DNA of 54,680 nucleotides from the NCBI GenBank assembly GCA_032718475.1, contig JAUCBJ010006165.1, forward strand, positions 1-54,680, written 5' to 3'. A model generated the notes under the pieces. It made no database searches. It was not told where the DNA came from and saw nothing but the letters and a program-made list of their open reading frames with translations. Positions 12,845 through 26,400 of the stretch are shown piece by piece. Position numbers and translations under genes: made by a program. Position 1 is the stretch's first letter. Each line of letters opens with the position of its first letter. Source of the stretch: Nemertoderma westbladi (Eukaryota > Animalia > Xenacoelomorpha).

Positions 12845-13433
12845 CTATGGTAACAATAAAAATGATTGATAGCGAGTATTTGATTTTCATACAAAATTTT
12901 GGAAGATTTATCAGTCATTACCAATTCAATCAAATAGATCAACTTCATGTTCTAGAATACTTATATAATATTCGGTTAGTACACAGTAATTTATAATAAC
13001 TGTTTAAGTATCATTATTATTTACTATTCTATTTACAATATTGAAATGTTCTTGGTTGTGAAGATTCTTTATTTTATAATTCTATTTACTATTTTCAATC
13101 AAATTTGTTATGAAAAAATAGTAGGTAGCGGCCACCTGTACCATAAAAAAAGCTCATATCACCTCGGACGTGTTATAAGTCCTCGGCTTCGCCTCGGACG
13201 TTATAACAGTCCTTGGACGAAATAATAGTTACTCGTACAAAATATCCGTACAAAATAACAAATAACAGTTCAATAAAGATAGGTAGCGGACACCTGTACC
13301 ATAAAAAAAGCTAACAACAGCTACATTTGGTACTCAAATATAATACAATTCAAATATACTTATTAAAATGTAAATAATAATTGAAAGGGTGGTTGTGGGG
13401 GAGGGATGTATTCTGCAGCATGTGCTCACTAAC

Positions 13434-13642
13434 CTTACTCTGGGAGATAGACAGTGTTGGTCCCGAGCTGGGTCTACTACTGTTGCTTGTCTGACTCATG
13501 GTACGTCTGTTGCCCCTGATGGTAGACCCAGATGGGGGGCGGGGTATAGTAGGGGGGAGGTGGGAGAGAAGGCCGGTCGAGGGCCCGATAAAGGGGGAGG
13601 TTGGAACGGATGGGAGAGAGATCAGCTGTTGTTGGGGTATGG
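13434..13642 (-). CDS. NEK10: NEK10 internal exon (Pro/Ser-rich linker)
   Basis: ttttcag|CC...AAG|gttagt; 209 nt, phase 1 to 0; ends ...TLSISQSK. Confidence 0.85.
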
Positions 13643-13779
13643 CTGAAAACAATTAATATTTATTAACAACTATTTCTTTTATAAAAAAAATAGTTAAAAT
13701 TTAATTTAATTTAATTTATTTAATAAGTATTTTTCATTATAAAATAATGAAAAATATGACAGACTACCTACAAACTTAC

Positions 13780-14060
13780 CCTCGAGATTGAGTGCGAGTG
13801 GCGGCCGTTTGGTCTTCCCAGATCGCCCGGTACGCAGGGCTGTAGGCTCGCTACTTACTGAATCCTCCGCGCCCAGACTGTCTTCGACAGCCGACAGACC
13901 CCCACTGACAGCCGCGCCAGGCAGACCCGACAGACTGTTGGACCTGGGAGGCCAGTTGCTAGGCGACGATAGTTCCATGCGGTGGTTATCCTGCTTTTCT
14001 TGGCTGGCTACAAACAGTCTGTGGTAATTGGCCATATTGCGACTCCACTCTACATAATGC
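13780..14060 (-). CDS. NEK10: NEK10 internal exon
   Basis: tttatag|G...GAGG|gtaagt; HYVEWSRNMANYHRL...; 281 nt, phase 2 to 1. Confidence 0.85.
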
Positions 14061-14498
14061 CTATAAATAAATAATACGAAAAAGTCAATTTTGTCAGTTT
14101 TTTTAACCCATATTATAATTTTAAAAATTAGTTGGGATATCTTTAATAATAGGAAGATAATATCATTAAATAAAAATTAAGCATAGCTTTCAGGTAATAC
14201 CAAATCCATGATTATCCTAGAAAAAACGTAAATTGGCTTTTTCTAATTAATTTTATTTAATTGAGACCCGGGAGTGGCTAACAGTAAACACCTATCTTAA
14301 ATAAAGTAAATAATAAAGTAAAAAAAAATAGATAAAAAAAAAGTTGTAAATAGGTCGACCTCGGCCCAATATCGTCCCTTGTTGTACCTTACTGACCTCG
14401 CTCGCTGTGCTCGGAAGGTGAATAAACAGATATCGAGACGAGCAGTATATAAAGAGATTTTATTTACTAAACAATAAAGTGTTATAAAGTTTCCGTAC

Positions 14499-14648
14499 CT
14501 CTGGGTCCGCCGTCTCTCTTTCTCTAACTTTTTCTCCAAACACTTTTGATTGGTTCTCAGCGAGTCAGCATGACTCATTATGACGTCAGCGATGATCCCA
14601 CCCAGTCCAGTAATATCAGGTCGATCTTCAGGTTCTGGGGTTATACAT
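14499..14648 (-). CDS. NEK10: NEK10 exon (kinase subdomain XI and coiled coil)
   Basis: taacag|A...AG|gtacgg. CITPEPEDRPDI...LEKKLEKERRRTQR, the latter being a NEK10-diagnostic motif; 150 nt. Confidence 0.93.
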
Positions 14649-14926
14649 CTGTTAATTAATTGTATTACTATATAGAAAAGGCTAGCTCAATCGGACGTAT
14701 CTCCCATTGGGCTGCAGAAATTGACTTTTGATCTTAAATTCGCGAACATTTAAATTAGTTAATCACCATTTAGCCATTTGAAGAGGCATCACAAACATAA
14801 ACATACCTAGGCCCCCTCTTATTAAACATACATATACCAGAGTACTGCTATACACCGCAGGCAATACGAATATACAATACAATACGCAATACAAAATAAA
14901 TAATAGAAGTTAAAATATATCAAAGC

Positions 14927-15527
14927 CACCAAGGGTCTAATAGTTAGTTTATAAGATATTATGACGTCACCAACCGTCTAATAGTTTCTAAGATAATATT
15001 ATGACGTCACCAACCGTCTAATAGTTTCTAAGATAATATTATGACGTCACCAACCGTCTAATAGTTTCTAAGATAATATTATGACGTCACCAATCGTCTA
15101 ATAGTTTCTAAGATATTATGACGTCACCATCCGTATAATAGTTTTTCTAAGTTGTTATGACGTCACCAACGTTCTAATAGTTTCTAATATATTATGACAT
15201 TACCAACCGTCTAATAGTTAGTTTATAAGATATTATGACGTCACCAACCGTCTAATAGTTTCTAAGATAATATGACGTCACCAACGTTCTAATAGTTTCT
15301 AATATATTATGACATTACCAACCGTCTAATAGTTAGTTTATAAGATATTATGACGTCACCAACCGTCTAATAGTTTCTAAGATAATATGACGTCACCAAT
15401 GTTCTAATAGTTTCTATTATATTATGACATTACCAAACGTCTAACAGTTTCTAAGATATTATGACGTCACCCCAGCCGTATAAAAATTTCTAAGATATTA
15501 TGACGTCACCAACCGTCTAATAGTTTC
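14927..15527 (-). repeat. 37-41 bp minisatellite x~15 derived from the 5' splice site of NEK10 exon 15514-15714
   Basis: The minus-strand unit GAAACTATTAGACG|GTTGGTGACGTCATAATATCTTA equals the last 14 exon nt plus the first 23 intron nt. Confidence 0.9.
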
Positions 15528-15714
15528 ATCGATTTTCATTGAGTATTTTCCCTCTATAAGCGGCTCGTAATCTCCCTCTACGATTCTCGGGGCCACCGCT
15601 AGGATGTTGGTCCCCTGGAACGGCGGCTGTAGTCGACACATCTGGTACAGCAGACACCCCATAGACCAGATGTCCGCCTTCTCTCCGTAAGGCTGATGTT
15701 GGATAATCTCTGGA
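15514..15714 (-). CDS. NEK10: NEK10 exon (kinase subdomains VIII-X)
   Basis: atttag|T CCA GAG...AGA CG|gttggt. PEIIQHQPYGEKADIWSMGCLLYQMCRLQPPFQGTNILAVAPRIVEGDYEP; 201 nt, phase 2 to 2. Confidence 0.95.
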
Positions 15715-16042
15715 CTAAATAAATAAAATCATAAGATACAATAATTTTGAATCGAAATACAACTAGAAACAATTATGAATGGGTCACCAGTTGGGCGATA
15801 GGTCAACTGTAATCAGCTGATATTTGCGTTAATTTTCCAAATATGAAGAGGTTTTGGAGCTACCGGTAACCAGGAGGATATATCGGCTGGTTATGGTTCT
15901 GTCCAATAGAGTTTTCCATATTTGGTGGTGCTATCATTTCTTTATTAGATATACAGTTATAGATATATTATATATAACATACATTTAGTATTAGATAATC
16001 TCACGAAGTTTTGTGCAACAAAAATAATTTCGCAACCACTAC

Positions 16043-17077
16043 ACCTTGGTGTAGAGGTTGCATTGAAGTCACATCTCCAGTAGGTCGTGGGTTCGATCCT
16101 CACATGGGCAGGGCAGTTTTCGTTTCGGAATGAATGCTTTAAAGGGGCCAGCCAGGGCGCATCTCTGCCTTGCATCCTTAAGTGGTAGTCCTTAATGAGT
16201 ACTAGAGTTTCCTCTGGGGAGTAAATTTCTGGGGGGACCGCACTGGAAATAAGTCGTCAGACTTTGTGCGTAATCCCTCTATTAGGCACAATGAGTTTAG
16301 AGATTTCATTGCCTCCACTCTCTCAGAAGTCGCCCATAGTGTCACTGTTGAGCCAATGCTCCAGTCCCTCACTGGTGAGACCTTCGTTCATCGCTCAACA
16401 TCAACTGACCAGCTGGCCCGTCTAGATGTATCTGCTTGTGGGTTTTGGGGAAACCGATTTCAAAGAACTTCCATTGATGTGTCGGTCTTCAACCCTCTCG
16501 CCGCCTCCTACGTCTCCATGGATTCGGACGCTGTCTACCGCCACAACGAGAACCGCAAGGTCCTCAAATATGAGGAACGTTTAAGGGAGGTTGAACATTC
16601 AACCTTTACTCCCTTCATCCTGTCGGCTTACGGTGGCATGGGCCCATCGGCAAGCCAGTTCGTGAAGAGGCTGTCGATGAAGTTGAGCGACAAACGAAGC
16701 GTCCCGTACTCAGAGTGTGTTGTCTGGGTGAGGCGCAACCTGACCTTCGCTCTACTTCAGTCGGCGCTGCTCTGGTTACGTGGGTGCCGTTCTGCAGCCA
16801 GGCGGCCAGTCAAAGTGACTTGGACTGAGGCAGCCATCGTGATGGCGAATGCGGAGGTGGAACCGCAAAATATATATATTTAAACTATCTATTGGCAAGT
16901 CAGCTGGTGGTGGGTTTATTTTATCCGTGTGCGTGTGTGTGTGTGTGTGTATATCGATGTCATGTTCGCTATTGTTCGTTTGAAAGTTTTTTAACTATTG
17001 TAAATAAAATAAGGATTGGTTTCTTGAAAAAAAAACCTGGCCTAGCGGCCGAAGAAAATTTACTTTACTTTACTTCG
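16043..17077 (+). mobile_element. tRNA-derived SINE (head/body ~16043-16277, tail ~17037-17077) interrupted by a CRE-like fragment
   Basis: Pol III A box tggtgtagagg and B box ggttcgatcc. A central gccttgcatcct...aatgagtac resembles a conserved SINE core. A (tttac)n tail resumes after the insertion. Confidence 0.65.
16275..17036 (+). mobile_element. 5'-truncated CRE-like non-LTR retrotransposon (restriction-like endonuclease domain, 3' UTR, poly-A)
   Basis: ORF 16266-16883 has RHN...VEP...RLD...IDV...K..KY...PFILSAYGGMG, the RLE signature of CRE-type elements. It is followed by (gt)n, aataaa and an A-run ending at 17036. Confidence 0.75.
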
Positions 17078-17424
17078 TAGGGTGAAAAAAGTACACTTAA
17101 TTTGGTCTCGTTTTCGATTGGATCAAGTACTTTGGACTGAGTATGTTGGTTGTAGACAAAAAAGTAGGCCATCTATATTTAACAAGGGTGATTCTGTATC
17201 CATTCATCCAATCGCAAGGGAGACGTAATTAATACGTTTTTAATGACCAATAACAAATTTTTCGAAAATGATCACTACTTCAAATAATTATTCTCTGCTG
17301 AGCAAAATAATTCAATTTATTGCGCAAATTAATTAATTTTGCTGGGCAAACCAAATATTTCTGGGGAGAAATAAAATGTAGTGAGTTTTAATACTTAATG
17401 TAAGGCATAATCGATGACGATGGT

Positions 17425-20400
17425 GTATTTAATTGCACCTACCAGCAGTATTTAATTGGACTTACCAGCAGTATTTAATTGGACCTACCAGCAGTATTTA
17501 ATTGGACCTACCAGCAGTATTTAATTGGACCTACAAGCAGTATTTAACTGGACCTACAAGCAGTATTTAATTGGACTTACCAGCAGTATTTAATTGGACC
17601 TACCAGCAGTATTTAATTGGACCTACCAGCAGTATTTAATTGGACCTACCAGCAGTATTTAATTGGACCTACCAGCAGTATTTAATTGGACCCACCAGCA
17701 GTATTTAATTGGACTTACCAGCAGTATTTAATTGGACTTACCAGCAGTATTTAATTGGACCTACCAGCAGTATTTAATTGGACCTACCAGCAGTATTTAA
17801 TTGGACCTACAAGCAGTATTTAATTGCACCTACCAGCAGTATTTAATTGGACCTACAAGCAGTATTTAATTGCACCTACCAGCAGTATTTAATTGGACCT
17901 ACCAGCAGTATTTAATTGGACCTACCAGCAGTATTTAATTGGACCCACCAGCAGTATTTAATTGGACCTACCAGCAGTATTTAATTGGACTTACCAGCAG
18001 TATTTAATTGGACCTACCAGCAGTATTTAATTGGACCTACCAGCAGTATTTAATTGGACCTACCAGCAGTATTTAATTGGACCTACCAGCAGTATTTAAT
18101 TGGACCTACCAGCAGTATTTAATTGGACCTACCAGCAGTATTTAATTGGACCCACCAGCAGTATTTAATTGGACCTACCAGCAGTATTTAATTGGACTTA
18201 CCAGCAGTATTTAATTGGACCTACCAGCAGTATTTAATTGGACCTACCAGCAGTATTTAATTGGACCTACCAGCTTTATTTAATTGGACCTACCAGCAGT
18301 ATTTAATTGGACTTACCAGCAGAATTTAATTGGACCTACCAGCAGTATTTAATTGGACCTACCAGCAGTATTTAATTGGACCTACAAGCAGTATTTAATT
18401 GCACCTACCAGCAGTATTTAATTGGACCTACCAGCAGTATTTAATTGGACCTACCAGCAGTATTTAATTGGACTTACCAGCAGTATTTAATTGGACCTAA
18501 CGGCAGTATTTAATTGGACCTACCAGCAGTATTTAATTGGACCTACCAGCAGTATTTAATTGGACCTACCAGCAGTATTTAATTGGACCTACCAGCAGTA
18601 TTTAATTGGACCTACCAGCAGTATTTAACTGGACCTACCCGCAGTATTTAATTGGACCCACCAGCAGTATTTAATTGGACCTACCAGCAGTATTTAATTG
18701 GACCTACAAGCAGTATTTAATTGAACCTTCAAGCAGTATTTAATTGGACCTACAAGCAGTATTTAATTGCACCTACCAGCAGTATTTAATTGGACCTACC
18801 AGCAGTATTTAATTGGACCCACAAGCAGTATTTAATTGGACCTACCAGCAGTATTTAATTGGACCCACAAGCAGTATTTAATTGGACCTACCAGCAGTAT
18901 TAAATTGGACCCACCAGCAGTATTTAATTGGACCTACCAGCAGTATTTAATTGGACCCACCAGCAGTATTTAATTGGACCCACCAGCAGTATTTAATTGG
19001 ACCCACCAGCAGTATTTAATTGGACCTACCAGCAGTATTTAATTGGACCTACAAGCAGTATTTAATTGAACCTACAAGCAGTATTTAATTGGACCTACAA
19101 GCAGTATTTAATTGCACCTACCAGCAGTATTTAATTGGACCTACCAGCAGTATTTAATTGGACCCACAAGCAGTATTTAATTGGACCTACCAGCAGTATT
19201 TAATTGGACCCACAAGCAGTATTTAATTGGACCTACCTACCAGCAGTATTTAATTGGACCTACAAGCAGTATTTAATTGGACCTACCAGCAGTATTTAAT
19301 TGGACCCACAAGCAGTATTTAATTGGACCCACCAGCAGTATTTAATTGGACCCACCAGCAGTATTTAATTGGACCTACCAGCAGTATTTAATTGGACCTA
19401 CCAGCAGTATTTAATTGGACCTACCAGCAGTATTTAATTGGACCTACCAGCAGTATTTAATTGGACCTACCAGCAGTATTTAATTGGACCTACCAGCAGT
19501 ATTTAATTGAACCTACAAGTAGTATTTAATTGGACCTACCAGCAGTATTTAATTGGACCCACAAGCAGTATTTAATTGGACCTACCAGCAGTATTTAATT
19601 GGACCTACAAGCAGTATTTAATTGCACCTACCAGCAGTATTTAATTGGACCTATCAGCAGTATTTAATTGCACCTACCAGCAGTATTTAATTGGACCTAC
19701 CAGCAGTATTTAATTGAACCTACAAGCAGTATTTAATTGGACCTACCAGCAGTATTTAATTGGACCTACAAGCAGTATTTAATTGCACCTACCAGCAGTA
19801 TTTAATTGGACCTATCAGCAGTATTTAATTGCACCTACCAGCAGTATTTAATTGGACCTACCAGCAGTATTTAATTGGACCTACCAGCAGTATTTAATTG
19901 CACCTACCAGCAGTATTTAATTGGACCTACAAGCAGTATTTAATTGAACCTACAAGCAGTATTTAATTGGACCTACAAGCAGTATTTAATTGCACCTACC
20001 AGCAGTATTTAATTGAACCTACAAGCAGTATTTAATTGGACCTACCAGCAGTATTTAATTGGACCTACCAGCAGTATTTAATTGGACCTACAAGCAGTAT
20101 TTAATTGCACCTACCAGCAGTATTTAATTGGACCTATCAGCAGTATTTAATTGGACCTATCAGCAGTATTTAATTGCACCTACCAGCAGTATTTAATTGG
20201 ACCTACCAGCAGTATTTAATTGGACCTACAAGCAGTATTTAATTGCACCTACCAGCAGTATTTAAATGAACCTACAAGCAGTATTTAATTGGACCTACAA
20301 GCAGTATTTAATTGCACCTACCAGCAGTATTTAATTGGACCTATCAGCAGTATTTAATTGGACCTATCAGCAGTATTTAATTGGACCTACCAGCAGTATT

Positions 20401-23400
20401 TAATTGCACCTACCAGCAGTATTTAATTGGACCTATCAGCAGTATTTAATTGCACCTACCAGCAGTATTTAATTGGACCTATCAGCAGTATTTAATTGCA
20501 CCTACCAGCAGTATTTAATTGGACCTACAAGCAGTATTTAATTGGACCTACCAGCAGTATTTAATTGCACCTACCAGCAGTATTTAATTGAACCTACAAG
20601 CAGTATTTAATTGGACCTACAAGCAGTATTTAATTGCACCTACCAGCAGTATTTAATTGGACCTATCAGCAGTATTTAATTGGACCTATCAGCAGTATTT
20701 AATTGCACCTACCAGCAGTATTTAATTGGACCTATCAGCAGTATTTAATTGCACCTACCAGCAGTATTTAATTGGACCCACAAGCAGTATTTAATTGAAC
20801 CTACAAGCAGTATTTAATTGGACCTACCAGCAGTATTTAATTGGACCTACCAGCAGTATTTAATTGCACCTACCAGCAGTATTTAATTGGACCTACAAGC
20901 AGTATTTAATTGAACCTACAAGCAGTATTTAATTGGACCTACAAGCAGTATTTAATTGCACCTACCAGCAGTATTTAATTGAACCTACAAGCAGTATTTA
21001 ATTGGACCTACAAGCAGTATTTAATTGCACCTACCAGCAGTATTTAATTGGACCTATCAGCAGTATTTAATTGCACCTACCAGCAGTATTTAATTGGACC
21101 TACCAGCAGTATTTAATTGGACCTACAAGCAGTATTTAATTGCACCTACCAGCAGTATTTAATTGGACCTATCAGCAGTATTTAATTGCACCTACCAGCA
21201 GTATTTAAATGGACCTACCAGCAGTATTTAATTGAACCTACAAGCAGTATTTAATTGGACCTACCAGCAGTATTTAATTGCACCTACCAGCAGTATTTAA
21301 TTGGACCTACCAGCAGTATTTAATTGGACTTACCAGCAGTATTTAATTGCACCTACCAGCAGTATTTAATTGCACCTACCAGCAGTATTTAATTGCACCT
21401 ACCAGCAGTATTTAATTGAACCTACAAGCAGTATTTAATTGGACCTACCAGCAGTATTTAATTGGACCCACAAGCAGTATTTAATTGGACCTACCAGCAG
21501 TATTTAATTGGACCTACAAGCAGTATTTAATTGCACCTACCAGCAGTATTTAATTGGACCTATCAGCAGTATTTAATTGCACCTACCAGCAGTATTTAAT
21601 TGGACCCACAAGCAGTATTTAATTGGACCTACCAGTAGTATTTAATTGGACCTACAAGCAGTATTTAATTGGACCCACCAGCAGTATTTAATTGGACCCA
21701 CCAGCAGTATTTAATTGGACCTACCAGCAGTATTTAATTGGACCTACCAGCAGTATTTAATTGGACCTACCAGCAGTATTTAATTGGACCTACCAGCAGT
21801 ATTTAATTGGACCTACCAGCAGTATTTAATTGGACCTACCAGCAGTATTTAATTGAACCTACAAGCAGTATTTAATTGGACCTACCAGCAGTATTTAATT
21901 GGACCCACAAGCAGTATTTAATTGGACCTACCAGCAGTATTTAATTGGACCTACAAGCAGTATTTAATTGCACCTACCAGCAGTATTTAATTGGACCTAT
22001 CAGCAGTATTTAATTGCACCTACCAGCAGTATTTAATTGGACCTACCAGCAGTATTTAATTGAACCTACAAGCAGTATTTAATTGGACCTACCAGCAGTA
22101 TTTAATTGGACCTACAAGCAGTATTTAATTACACCTACCAGCAGTATTTAATTGGACCTATCAGCAGTATTTAATTGCACCTACCAGCAGTATTTAATTG
22201 GACCTACCAGCAGTATTTAATTGGACCTACCAGCAGTATTTAATTGCACCTACCAGCAGTATTTAATTGGACCTACAAGCAGTATTTAATTGAACCTACA
22301 AGCAGTATTTAATTGGACCTACAAGCAGTATTTAATTGCACCTACCAGCAGTATTTAATTGAACCTACAAGCAGTATTTAATTGGACCTACCAGCAGTAT
22401 TTAATTGGACCTACCAGCAGTATTTAATTGGACCTACAAGCAGTATTTAATTGCACCTACCAGCAGTATTTAATTGGACCTATCAGCAGTATTTAATTGG
22501 ACCTATCAGCAGTATTTAATTGCACCTACCAGCAGTATTTAATTGGACCTACCAGCAGTATTTAATTGGACCTACAAGCAGTATTTAATTGCACCTACCA
22601 GCAGTATTTAATTGAACCTACAAGCAGTATTTAATTGGACCTACAAGCAGTATTTAATTGCACCTACCAGCAGTATTTAATTGGACCTATCAGCAGTATT
22701 TAATTGGACCTATCAGCAGTATTTAATTGCACCTACCAGCAGTATTTAATTGGACCTATCAGCAGTATTTAATTGCACCTACCAGCAGTATTTAATTGGA
22801 CCTACAAGCAGTATTTAATTGGACCTACCAGCAGTATTTAATTGGACCTACCAGCAGTATTTAATTGAACCTACAAGCAGTATTTAATTGCACCTACAAG
22901 CAGTATTTAATTGCACCTACAAGCAGTATTTAATTGGACTTACCAGCAGTATTTAATTGGACCTACCAGCAGTATTTAATTGGACCTACCAGCAGTATTT
23001 AATTGCACCTACCAGCAGTATTTAATTGGACCTACAAGCAGTATTTAATTGAACCTACAAGCAGTATTTAATTGGACCTACAAGCAGTATTTAATTGCAC
23101 CTACCAGCAGTATTTAATTGAACCTACAAGCAGTATTTAATTGGACCTACAAGCAGTATTTAATTGCACCTACCAGCAGTATTTAATTGGACCTATCAGC
23201 AGTATTTAATTGCACCTACCAGCAGTATTTAATTGGACCTACCAGCAGTATTTAATTGGACCTACAAGCAGTATTTAATTGCACCTACCAGCAGTATTTA
23301 ATTGGACCTATCAGCAGTATTTAATTGCACCTACCAGCAGTATTTAATTGGACCTACCAGCAGTATTTAATTGAACCTACAAGCAGTATTTAATTGGACC

Positions 23401-26400
23401 TACCAGCAGTATTTAATTGCACCTACCAGCAGTATTTAATTGGACCTACCAGCAGTATTTAATTGGACTTACCAGCAGTATTTAATTGCACCTACCAGCA
23501 GTATTTAATTGCACCTACCAGCAGTATTTAATTGGACTTACCAGCAGTATTTAATTGCACCTACCAGCAGTATTTAATTGCACCTACCAGCAGTATTTAA
23601 TTGGACCTATCAGCAGTATTTAATTGCACCTACCAGCAGTATTTAATTGGACCTACCAGCAGTATTTAATTGGACCTATCAGCAGTATTTAATTGCACCT
23701 ACCAGCAGTATTTAATTGGACCTATCAGCAGTATTTAATTGCACCTACCAGCAGTATTTAATTGGACCTACCAGCAGTATTTAATTGGACCCACCAGCAG
23801 TATTTAATTGAACCTACAAGCAGTATTTAATTGGACCTACCAGCAGTATTTAATTGCACCTACCAGCAGTATTTAATTGGACCTACCAGCAGTATTTAAT
23901 TGGACTTACCAGCAGTATTTAATTGCACCTACCAGCAGTATTTAATTGGACCTACCAGCAGTATTTAATTGGACCTATCAGCAGTATTTAATTGCACCTA
24001 CCAGCAGTATTTAATTGGACCTATCCGCAGTATTTAATTGAACCTACAAGCAGTATTTAATTGGAACTACCAGCAGTATTTAATTGCACCTACCAGCAGT
24101 ATTTAATTGCACCTACCAGCAGTATTTAATTGGACCTATCAGCAGTATTTAATTGCACCTACCAGCAGTATTTAATTGGACCTATCAGCAGTATTTAATT
24201 GCACCTACCAGCAGTATTTAATTGCACCTACCAGCAGTATTTAATTGAACCTACAAGCAGTATTTAATTGGACCTACCAGCAGTATTTAATTGCACCTAC
24301 CAGCAGTATTTAATTGGACCTACCAGCAGTATTTAATTGGACCTACCAGCAGTATTTAATTGCACCTACCAGCAGTATTTATTTGCACCTACCAGCAGTA
24401 TTTAATTGCACCTACCAGCAGTATTTAATTGAACCTACAAGCAGTATTTAATTGGACCTACCAGCAGTATTTAATTGGACTCACAAGCAGTATTTAATTG
24501 AACCTACAAGCAGTATTTAATTGGACCCACAAGCAGTATTTAATTGAACCTACAAGCAGTATTTAATTGGACCTACCAGCAGTATTTAATTGGACCTACC
24601 AGCAGTATTTAATTGGACCTACAAGCAGTATTTAATTGGACCCACAAGCAGTATTTAATTGAACCTACAAGCAGTATTTAATTGGACCTACCAGCAGTAT
24701 TTAATTGGACCTACAAGCAGTATTTAATTGGACCTACCAGCAGTATTTAATTGGACCTACAAGCAGTATTTAATTGCACCTACCAGCAGTATTTAATTGG
24801 ACCTACAAGCAGTATTTAATTGCACCTACCAGCAGTATTTAATTGGACCTACAAGCAGTATTTAATTGGACCCACAAGCAGTATTTAATTGAACCTACAA
24901 GCAGTATTTAATTGGACCTACCAGCAGTATTTAATTGGACCTACAAGCAGTATTTAATTGGACCTACCAGCAGTATTTAATTGGACCTACAAGCAGTATT
25001 TAATTGCACCTACCAGCAGTATTTAATTGGACCTACAAGCAGTATTTAATTGCACCTACCAGCAGTATTTAATTGGACCTACAAGCAGTATTTAATTGGA
25101 CCCACAAGCAGTATTTAATTGAACCTACAAGCAGTATTTAATTGGACCTACCAGCAGTATTTAATTGGACCTACAAGCAGTATTTAATTGGACCTACCAG
25201 CAGTATTTAATTGGACCTACAAGCAGTATTTAATTGCACCTACCAGCAGTATTTAATTGGACCTACAAGCAGTATTTAATTGGACCCACAAGCAGTATTT
25301 AATTGAACCTACAAGCAGTATTTAATTGGACCCACAAGCAGTATTTAATTGAACCTACAAGCAGTATTTAATTGGACCTACCAGCAGTATTTAATTGGAC
25401 CTACCAGCAGTATTTAATTGGACCTACAAGCAGTATTTAATTGCACCTACCAGCAGTATTTAATTGGACCTATCAGCAGTATTTAATTGCACCTACCAGC
25501 AGTATTTAATTGGACCTACCAGCAGTATTTAATTGAACCTACAAGCAGTATTTAATTGGACCTACCAGCAGTATTTAATTGGACCTACAAGCAGTATTTA
25601 ATTGCACCTACCAGAAGTATTTAATTGGACCTATCAGCAGTATTTAATTGCACCTACCAGCAGTATTTAATTGGACCTACCAGCAGTATTTAATTGAACC
25701 TACAAGCAGTATTTAATTGGACCTACCAGCAGTATTTAATTGAACCTACAAGCAGTATTTAATTGGACCTACCAGCAGTATTTAATTGGACCCACAAGCA
25801 GTATTTAATTGGACCTACCAGCAGTATTTAATTGGACCTACAAGCAGTATTTAATTGCACCTACCAGCAGTATTTAATTGGACCTATCAGCAGTATTTAA
25901 TTGCACCTACCAGCAGTATTTAATTGGACCTACCAGCAGTATTTAATTGGACCTATCAGCAGTATTTAATTGCACCTACCAGCAGTATTTAATTGGACCT
26001 ATCAGCAGTATTTAATTGCACCTACCAGCAGTATTTAATTGGACCTACCAGCAGTATTTAATTGAACCTACAAGCAGTATTTAATTGGACCTACCAGCAG
26101 TATTTAATTGCACCTACCAGCAGTATTTAATTGGACCTACCAGCAGTATTTAATTGGACCTACCAGCAGTATTTAATTGGACCCACCAGCAGTATTTAAT
26201 TGAACCTACAAGCAGTATTTAATTGGACCTACCAGCAGTATTTAATTGCACCTACCAGCAGTATTTAATTGGACCTACCAGCAGTATTTAATTGGACCTA
26301 CCAGCAGTATTTAATTGCACCTACCAGCAGTATTTAATTGGACCTACCAGCAGTATTTAATTGGACCTATCAGCAGTATTTAATTGCACCTACCAGCAGT

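Noticed and set aside
13123-13312. 31-bp direct repeat flanking a ctcggcttcgcctcgg-containing segment
   Set aside because: Probably a small transposon remnant, but too short to classify.
14957-15510. Repeated TGACGTCA (CRE/ATF site) cluster; likewise CCAAT boxes in 45186-47295
   Set aside because: These are by-products of tandem amplification, with no independent evidence of promoter or enhancer function.
16043-16110. tRNA gene; also an Sm-site/U1-like aaatttctggggggaccgc at ~16224
   Set aside because: No cloverleaf or terminator is present. Both lie within a SINE-like body, and the rest of U1 is absent.
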